Below are positions 57,185 to 64,000 of a stretch of 64,000 nt of DNA, one piece after another. Under the pieces are notes generated by a model. The model saw only the letters and a program-made list of their open reading frames with translations, had not been told where the DNA came from and searched no databases. Origin of the DNA: an uncultured Thermococci archaeon (GTDB lineage Archaea > Methanobacteriota_B > Thermococci > Methanofastidiosales > B48-G16); assembly GCA_964595645.1 (NCBI GenBank), contig CAZQQT010000004.1, forward strand, positions 64,001 to 128,000, in the 5' to 3' direction. A program made the position numbers and the translations under genes. Numbering within the stretch: position 1 is the first letter of the stretch; the number at the start of each line of letters is the position of its first letter.

Positions 57185-58365
57185 AAATTACGGCAGATTT
57201 TCATATCCACTCAAAATATTCTGCTGCAACCTCTGATAAGATGGAAATCCCTGTGATCTCGACGGAAGCGAAGTTGAAGGGTCTCAATATTGTGGGAACA
57301 TCGGATGCCTTTCATCCTTCCTGGCTCTCACATTTACGAACCTCACTGCACGAAGAAGCGGAGGGTACCTTCGAGGCGGGAGGAGTACGGTACATCCTCA
57401 CAGTGGAGATCGAGGACGTCCATAGGGTACATCATCTTATTATTCTCCCTTCGTTCTCACAGGCGGAGGAACTCTATGAAGAGTTCAAGAAGTACTCACA
57501 GGATATCGATACTAACGGGCGGTGCCGGGTGGAACTCACGGGAGATGAGATCGCCGAGCGAGTGAGGTCGGTCGACGGGATCATCGGGCCTGCACACGCA
57601 TTCACGCCCTGGACCGCAATATACGCGGAGCATGATTCTCTGCAGGAATGTTATGGAGAGTACGTAGACAAAATAGACTTTCTGGAGCTTGGACTTTCCG
57701 CAGATACGGATCTAGCCGATCATATCTCGGAGCTACGAGACCTCACCTTCATGAGCAACAGCGACGCCCACTCTCCCTGGCCACACAGGATGGGGAGGGA
57801 GTTCAACATCCTCAGTGTCGAGGAGCCCACCTACGCAGAGATCGTGAAGGCACTCAGACGGAAAAACGGGAGAAAATTCGTAAAGAACATCGGGCTTAAC
57901 CCCCGGCTTGGCAAGTACCATAAAACAGCATGCATACAATGTCACAACCAGTATACACTGGAGGAGGCAAAGGAGATGCACTGGCGGTGTGAGTGTGGAA
58001 AGACAATAAAGAAAGGTGTGTACGACAGAATTATGGAGTTAAAGGATCATGAGCACACACATCCTGCACATCGACCTCCCTATCTGCGGATCGCTCCTCT
58101 CGCGGAGATCATCGCACTGAAAAAGAGACACAGTCTCTCCACCAAAAACAACACCGCACTGTACAAAAAATTTCTAGAACAGTTCGGTAGCGAGATAGAT
58201 ATCCTCGTCCATAGTGGATATGATGAACTCAAAAAAGTAGACAAAGAAACGGCAGAGTACATTTTGAGTTACAGGGAGGAAACGATGGAGATCACGCCTG
58301 GAGGGGGAGGGAAGTACGGGACCCTACACATGACACCGGAAAGTCTCGAGGACTGGATTACGTAG
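57181..58365 (+). CDS. PHP + Zn-ribbon nuclease (TIGR00375/endonuclease Q-like)
   Basis: Motifs DFHIHSKYS, PAHAFTPW, ELGLSAD, SNSDAHS, GKYH..C..C and PGGGG.YG. Confidence 0.9.
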   Translation: MKITADFHIHSKYSAATSDKMEIPVISTEAKLKGLNIVGTSDAFHPSWLSHLRTSLHEEAEGTFEAGGVRYILTVEIEDVHRVHHLIILPSFSQAEELYEEFKKYSQDIDTNGRCRVELTGDEIAERVRSVDGIIGPAHAFTPWTAIYAEHDSLQECYGEYVDKIDFLELGLSADTDLADHISELRDLTFMSNSDAHSPWPHRMGREFNILSVEEPTYAEIVKALRRKNGRKFVKNIGLNPRLGKYHKTACIQCHNQYTLEEAKEMHWRCECGKTIKKGVYDRIMELKDHEHTHPAHRPPYLRIAPLAEIIALKKRHSLSTKNNTALYKKFLEQFGSEIDILVHSGYDELKKVDKETAEYILSYREETMEITPGGGGKYGTLHMTPESLEDWIT

Positions 58366-59545
58366 CCGCGGAGACGATCTTTATCACATCTCCATGCTGG
58401 AGCTCGTACTCTTCGGAGATTCTCATCTTCGTCCGCGCATTCACCGCGTGGATAAAGTTCTCTCCGATATCTGTGTGGATCTTGTAGGCGAGATCCTTAG
58501 GGGTCGAGCCTTTCCGCATGAGGTACGCGTCGGGAAGTACATTGCCCTTCTGATCCGTGAAATGCGTCTCGTCCTCCACAGGGTACACGACAATTCGTTC
58601 CAGCACATCGAAGATTGCGTAGTTCAGACACTGGACCACACCTGTATTTCCATAGGTGTTCATCACATGGTGGATGAGATCCAGCGCCTTCTTCTGCTTC
58701 TCTGTGAGCGTAACATCTTCCTTTACCGTGAAATCGCTGGCTCCGGGTGTGTACTCAACAAAATCCTTTGCCTTTCGGAGAATTCTCTCTGCCTCGGCAC
58801 TGGTCGGAATCACCTTGTGTCCTATCTCTTTTAAGCGTTCAACCTGTTCCTTCTTGGCGATATCAACTTTGTTCGCCGCGATCACAATGGGCTTTGTCAG
58901 TCGGCGGAGAATGGTGGAGAACGTCTCAAGATCCTCGTCTTCCCATGTGTCCGGTTTCTCAGCATCGAGATCGCACTCCCGCAGCGTTGCTCGAAGCGCT
59001 TCTTCTGTGAGCTCTAACCCCGTGAAGTGATCCGCCACGACGGTGGCGAAATCCTCGCCCTGCAGGTGGATCTTCCGTGAAAATTTCCTCCAATTTTTTC
59101 TCAGCGTGTTAAAAAACCATGAGTCGATCTCCTTCTCAAGAAAGTGAATATCCTCTACAGGATCGTGGGTCCCAACCTCACAGGTGTTTCCCTTCTCATC
59201 CGTACTGCCGGAAACATCCACCACGTGGATGAGTGCCTTCGCCCTACTAATATCGTCCAAAAACTTGTTGCCGAGTCCCTTCCCTTCGGAGGCACCGGGA
59301 ACGAGCCCTGCAACGTCGATGATCTTGGTGGGGATGAGCCTCACACCATCGACACACTGTGAGTTCTGTGGACTACACTCAACGCCAAGATCCGTACAGG
59401 GACAGGACGCTGTGACATACGCGACACCGATGTTTGAGTCGATGGTAGTGAAGGGATAGTTTGCAATCTCCGCTTCGCCCAAGGTGCAGGCGTTGAAAAA
59501 CGTGGATTTCCCCACATTGGGTTTTCCGACAATACTGACTTCCAT
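58358..59545 (-). CDS. ychF: YchF/Obg-family ATPase with TGS domain
   Basis: Motifs GKPNVGKST, NYPFTT, DVAGLV, ANKVD and a TGS domain. Confidence 0.95.
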   Translation of the reverse strand: MEVSIVGKPNVGKSTFFNACTLGEAEIANYPFTTIDSNIGVAYVTASCPCTDLGVECSPQNSQCVDGVRLIPTKIIDVAGLVPGASEGKGLGNKFLDDISRAKALIHVVDVSGSTDEKGNTCEVGTHDPVEDIHFLEKEIDSWFFNTLRKNWRKFSRKIHLQGEDFATVVADHFTGLELTEEALRATLRECDLDAEKPDTWEDEDLETFSTILRRLTKPIVIAANKVDIAKKEQVERLKEIGHKVIPTSAEAERILRKAKDFVEYTPGASDFTVKEDVTLTEKQKKALDLIHHVMNTYGNTGVVQCLNYAIFDVLERIVVYPVEDETHFTDQKGNVLPDAYLMRKGSTPKDLAYKIHTDIGENFIHAVNARTKMRISEEYELQHGDVIKIVSAAT

Positions 59546-59721
59546 ACCTCTTTCCTTTCACAGGGAAAATAAAAAGGTTCTTATTGGTGTTGCACAACCA
59601 GGCCGTAGGGTTTACCTACATATGAGGGTGGAGTGATACACCGTACAAAAGAAGACTCCATGATGTATGGACCATTGTCGAACAAACACAAGATTTTAAA
59701 ATGGAAGCATCACTGTACATC

Positions 59722-61060
59722 TATGCAAGATCTCACCTCAGGCGATATCCGCAAGAACGTGTTTCAGCTGGCATGGCCCGCAGTCATCACCATGCTTCTG
59801 CAGATGGTGGTGGGAATCGCTGATATTGCCATGGTGGGCAGACTCGGTGCGGAAGAACTCGCAGCGGTGGGACTGGGACGGCAGCTCACCTTTATTTTCT
59901 ACGGTGTGATCTCTGGGGTGAGTGTGGGAACAACGGCACTAATCGCTCGCTATATCGGAGAAAAAAACGAAAAAAAGGCGAGATTGGTGGGAGAGCAGTC
60001 ACTGATTTTTGGACTGTTCCTCTCGCTACTGATTGGTGTCCCCGGATTTCTATACGGTGATACGTTCCTCCGATTTCTAGGTGCAGAACCCAACGTGATC
60101 GTGATCGGCTATGACTACCTTCAAATCATGTTCGCGGGACTATTTGCTGTGTTCATGACCTTCGTGATCAACGCGATTTTTCGCGGAGCCGGTGACACAC
60201 GAACACCTATGTACCTCATGGGGGTTATCAACTTCTTGAATGTGGGGCTCAACTATATACTGATCTTCGGCGTCTGGAAGATTCCGTTCCTGGGCGTACG
60301 GGGCGCTGCCGTCGGCACGATCATCTCCCGCAGTCTCGCAGTGATCATCGGGCTGTACCTCCTCATCTCTGGAACGAGAGGGTTTACGCTGGCCCTCCGT
60401 CCCACAGTGGATCTCTCCATTATCCGCAAAATCGTGAAAGTCGGCTTTCCGGCATCGGGAGAACGCCTCATCAACTCCACTGCCCAGATCGCCTACACGA
60501 TGATCGTGGTCTCCTTTGGGACGGTCGCCGTGGCAGCGCACCAGGTCGCCATCCGATCCGAGAGTTTCTCCTTTATGCCAGGATTTGGATTTGCTATTGC
60601 CGCTACCACACTCGTGGGGCAGAATCTCGGCGCTGAAAAACCGAAACGGGCAGAGAAATGTGCGTACGAGTCGTTGAAACTTGCCGTAATGATCATGAGC
60701 ATTATGGGGGTCCTGTTCTTTGTGTTCCCCGAGTACTTCGTGTGGATATTCACCGATGAATCAGAGGTGATCGCTGCGGCAATTCCCTGTCTCATGATCA
60801 TCGCCGTCACCGAGCCGATGCTCGGTACGATGTTTGTGCTCGCCGGCAGCCTCCGGGGTGCAGGGGACACCACCTCACCGATGATCATTACAGGACTCTC
60901 CCTCTGGCTGGTACGAATCCCCATGGCATACTTCCTCGGTGTGACCCTTGATCTCGGGCTCACCGGTGCCTGGATCGCCATGAGCTTTGAGACGGCGGTC
61001 CGGGGAACACTCATGTACCTCCGGTTTAGAATGGGGAAATGGAAGGAAATTACGGTTTAA
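59722..61060 (+). CDS. MATE family efflux transporter
   Basis: DLTSG.I, VGRLG, RGAGDT (twice) and GQNLGA. Start at MQDL. Confidence 0.93.
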
Positions 61061-61913
61061 TATCGTGTCGCCAGACGTACTTCCCCGGCGCGTAGGACTT
61101 CACCTGCTGTGTATGAACAATGGGAAAGTCGAGTGCGTCTCTGGGCTTTATCGAGTAAAGGTGAATGATACCATCCTCCTTAATTTTTGTCAGTGCCGTA
61201 TCCATGAATTCGTGGGCCTGCATGGGGAGATTCATAATGATTCTGTCAAACTGAGGAAGATCCGTGACGACCTCTCTACAGTCACCTAAATGAGGAGTGA
61301 CATGCTGTACCTTGTTGAGTTCAATATTCTTTTTCAGGTAGTGGATGGCATCGGGATTGATATCGACGCTGTGGACCTCGACGTCCCGGTGTTTCGCGAT
61401 GAGGATGGAAAAAGGCCCCACCCCGGCGAACATATCGAGGATTGTCTCCCCCTCTTTCACCATCTCGGCCACACGATGTCGTTCCGTGGCGAGCCGTGGA
61501 TTGAAGTACACCGTGGTGATATCGAGCACATAGCGGCAACCGTATTCTTTGTGGATTGTCTCTGTCTTTTTTTCGCCTGCGAGATGGGTGTACTCTCTCG
61601 TTCTGTGCGTTCCCTTCACTTTGGTACTCTTTTTATACACAGCGTTGATGTTTTTTCTTTTGAGAATAGATGTATTGTTATCCTCTACTATTGCAATGTC
61701 ACCGATCACATCAAAAGTACCTTCGATGGATTCCTTCGCCGGGAGTTTCTCGAAGGTAGTCTCGACAATCTCTCCCTCTACTTCCTCTGTGATGGGGAAC
61801 ACGAGGTACTCCCCTTCATGTTTTATCTTGTACCCTGTGGCGAGGATGCCACGTCGTAAAAGAGACTGTCGTGTCTCTTCACCCTGTTTCTTCGGTACCT
61901 TCAGTCCCAGCAT
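61050..61913 (-). CDS. trm5: Trm5-family tRNA methyltransferase
   Basis: Motifs IGDI, TIHKEYG, YFNPRL..E, DMFAGVGPF and IIMNLP. Confidence 0.88.
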   Translation of the reverse strand: MLGLKVPKKQGEETRQSLLRRGILATGYKIKHEGEYLVFPITEEVEGEIVETTFEKLPAKESIEGTFDVIGDIAIVEDNNTSILKRKNINAVYKKSTKVKGTHRTREYTHLAGEKKTETIHKEYGCRYVLDITTVYFNPRLATERHRVAEMVKEGETILDMFAGVGPFSILIAKHRDVEVHSVDINPDAIHYLKKNIELNKVQHVTPHLGDCREVVTDLPQFDRIIMNLPMQAHEFMDTALTKIKEDGIIHLYSIKPRDALDFPIVHTQQVKSYAPGKYVWRHDIKP

Positions 61914-62496
61914 GGAATTCTCCTCTAAATACTCTATAGCCACTTCCTTTGTTCGCTGTTTCACAGTGTGTGAATATCTTTTCCATTTTCTTTTTGTAGC
62001 TCCTTGCTCCCTGCTTTGTCCGTGCAACCATGTAAAATGCCCCTTTCTTCTGCAAAAACGAAGGAACACGTTCGATCATCCTAAACACATAGTCCTTTCC
62101 CATTCGCAGAGGTGGGTTAGTCACCACGATGTCAAACGTTCGGTCCTCAAACTCGAAAAAATCCCGGTGCAGTACTTCTGCGTTGAAACAGTCGTTCAAC
62201 TTACAGTTTTTCCGTGCGAGACCAACGGCTCTCCTGTTAATATCGATCATATATGCCCGTTTCACGAACTTGGATAACACAATCCCTATCACACCGTATC
62301 CACAGCCAATATCGAGTATGGTATCCGCTTTATCCACGGCGACCGACTCGGCGAGGAGCTTGCTTCCATTATCAACTTTTTCTCTGGAAAACACACCCTT
62401 ATCTGTGAAAAACGCAAACTGCTTTCCTCGTACGACGTCAGTGATCTTCAGTACCTCGTGATCGGTATCCGGTGTTTCCGAGAAATAATGATCCAT
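61879..62496 (-). CDS. RsmC-like class I SAM methyltransferase
   Basis: Motifs DHYFS, GVFS...D.GS, DIGCGYG and NPP. Confidence 0.9.
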   Translation of the reverse strand: MDHYFSETPDTDHEVLKITDVVRGKQFAFFTDKGVFSREKVDNGSKLLAESVAVDKADTILDIGCGYGVIGIVLSKFVKRAYMIDINRRAVGLARKNCKLNDCFNAEVLHRDFFEFEDRTFDIVVTNPPLRMGKDYVFRMIERVPSFLQKKGAFYMVARTKQGARSYKKKMEKIFTHCETANKGSGYRVFRGEFHAGTEGTEETG

Positions 62497-62556
62497 ATCC
62501 TATATTCGATAGAAACCTTTATAAACGATTTCAAGTCTGTGTTACTGGTGATACTT

Positions 62557-62934
62557 ATGGGTGTTTATCACGGTAAATCGAAACGAAAAAAATCCGGCGG
62601 ACGGTATGTCCATCCGCGGAAGAAACGGAAGTATGAGATGGGAAGAGATCCTACCCTCACACGAATACGAGAAGAACGGAAGAAGATCGTCACGACACAG
62701 GGGGGAAACGAAAAAATAAAGCTCAAATCAACCGAGTATGCGAATGTGATTACGCCGGAAGGTGCAAAAAAAGTGAAAATTTCAGATGTAGAGAATAATC
62801 CGGCACATAAACAGTTCACACGGACGAACATCATCACAAAGGGCGCGATAATCAATACCGAGGTAGGAAAAGTACGGGTGACCTCACGGCCAGGACAGGA
62901 CGGTGTGGTGAACGGCGTCCTGCTCGAAGAGTAA
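62557..62934 (+). CDS. rps8e: 30S ribosomal protein S8e
   Basis: MGVYHGKSKRKKSGG...TSRPGQDG. Confidence 0.97.
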   Translation: MGVYHGKSKRKKSGGRYVHPRKKRKYEMGRDPTLTRIREERKKIVTTQGGNEKIKLKSTEYANVITPEGAKKVKISDVENNPAHKQFTRTNIITKGAIINTEVGKVRVTSRPGQDGVVNGVLLEE

Positions 62935-62981
62935 CTTTCTCTCTTTTTAAGTTGTTCTGTAGAGTAGAAAAAATATAGTGT

Positions 62982-63965
62982 TCAGTACCCCCGATTCACA
63001 TCGACAACGTTGACTTCGTTGCCCTCAACTAAGTTGTTCAGGATCATCGCGAGGTTTTTAATACGGTATTTTGCCCGTTGGTCGATATGTGTTGCCCGGT
63101 GTGGGCTGAAAATCACGTTCTCACACGTATCTAATGGATAGTTGGATGGAAATGTGTTTGTTCTCGCATCCTCATCCGGCGGGTATATCCACCACGTGTC
63201 AAGGGCAGCACCACCGACTTTCCCAGATGTGAGCGCGTGGTACAACGCCTCTTCATCGATCACCGGACCTCTGCCCACATTAACAATGTGTACACCGTTT
63301 TTCATCAGATCAAACTCTTTTTTACCGAGATATCCTCTCGTCTCTTCCGTTTCGGGAAGGGTACAGATGATGTAATCTGCATCGGGGAGAAGACCGTGGA
63401 GATCGTCATTGGTGCCTAAACAATCAACGAGATCACTCTCATCCGGTGTCTTTTTTACAGCGGTAATAGTCATATGAAATGCCTTGGCGATCCTCGCAAT
63501 TTCCTTCCCGATCGCACCAACCCCTACGATCAAGAGGGTGTTGTCCCGTAACGCCTGGCTCCACTGGTGCTCATACCGCGGCGTCCAGTCGCCCTTCTTC
63601 ATTTTCTGATGGATAGGGATGATGTTCTTCACAGACGCCAGTAACAGAGCGAACGCGTGTTCTGCCACCATCCAATAGTTGAAATGAGAGTTGATCACAG
63701 TGAGATGTGGAAAATCTGGAAGCGTTTCTTTATCCTGTGGTGGAATACCGACAAAGGGAATAATAAAGTATTTCAGGTTGACAGCCTTCTCTAGAAACTT
63801 TCGTGGAATGCGAGCTCCTATGACCACATCGAATTCTTCCGCCCGTTCAATTGCTTTATCTTTCTCATCTGGATCGAGTTCAACGATCTCTACCCGCTCA
63901 TCTGTTCGATCCCGTAAGGAGATATCGCTCTTCGTAGTGAAAGGGCTCATGTGAAGAACTTTCAT
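62982..63965 (-). CDS. D-2-hydroxyacid dehydrogenase family protein
   Basis: Motifs VAEHA, GVGAIG, VNVGRG, ALDTWW and SPH. Confidence 0.93.
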   Translation of the reverse strand: MKVLHMSPFTTKSDISLRDRTDERVEIVELDPDEKDKAIERAEEFDVVIGARIPRKFLEKAVNLKYFIIPFVGIPPQDKETLPDFPHLTVINSHFNYWMVAEHAFALLLASVKNIIPIHQKMKKGDWTPRYEHQWSQALRDNTLLIVGVGAIGKEIARIAKAFHMTITAVKKTPDESDLVDCLGTNDDLHGLLPDADYIICTLPETEETRGYLGKKEFDLMKNGVHIVNVGRGPVIDEEALYHALTSGKVGGAALDTWWIYPPDEDARTNTFPSNYPLDTCENVIFSPHRATHIDQRAKYRIKNLAMILNNLVEGNEVNVVDVNRGY

Positions 63966-64000
63966 ATGGCAACGCCTTACGATATAAGGGGAGATATTGT

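Noticed and set aside
59584-59700. Several short hairpins upstream of the MATE gene as a riboswitch
   Set aside because: The stems are short and match no aptamer consensus I recognise.

Overview
Archaeal chromosomal window. Gene content and order suggest a Thermococci/methanogen-related euryarchaeote, for example Methanofastidiosia- or Theionarchaea-like; this is an inference. Housekeeping blocks include rpl18e-rpl13-rps9-rpoN-tRNA-Pro-(truncated enolase-like)-rps2-tRNA-Leu, valS, dnaG, proS, aIF5A-agmatinase, pcna-gins-rpl44e-rps27e-aIF2alpha-nop10-PAC2-EndoQ-like, ychF, trm5, rps8e and a polar amino-acid ABC transporter. No CRISPR array, rRNA, integrase or transposase was seen. The main observations are: (1) a ~70-nt candidate small RNA at 47654-47728 with its own BRE/TATA, a 15-bp closing helix, a U-tract end and an exposed anti-Shine-Dalgarno-like C-rich loop; (2) a 'headless' Mrp-Mbh operon (mbhA-I plus mbhM) with no catalytic hydrogenase subunits; (3) two degenerate KaiC-like genes, one fused to an intact small GTPase; (4) a membrane wHTH sensor broken by one in-frame amber, next to phased operator-like repeats, a secreted glycoprotein and a receiver domain; (5) structured leaders upstream of rpl18e and proS; (6) a tRNA-Pro with C33; (7) an unannotated 36-aa membrane peptide. 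All assignments come from reading motifs by eye; no database searches were run.
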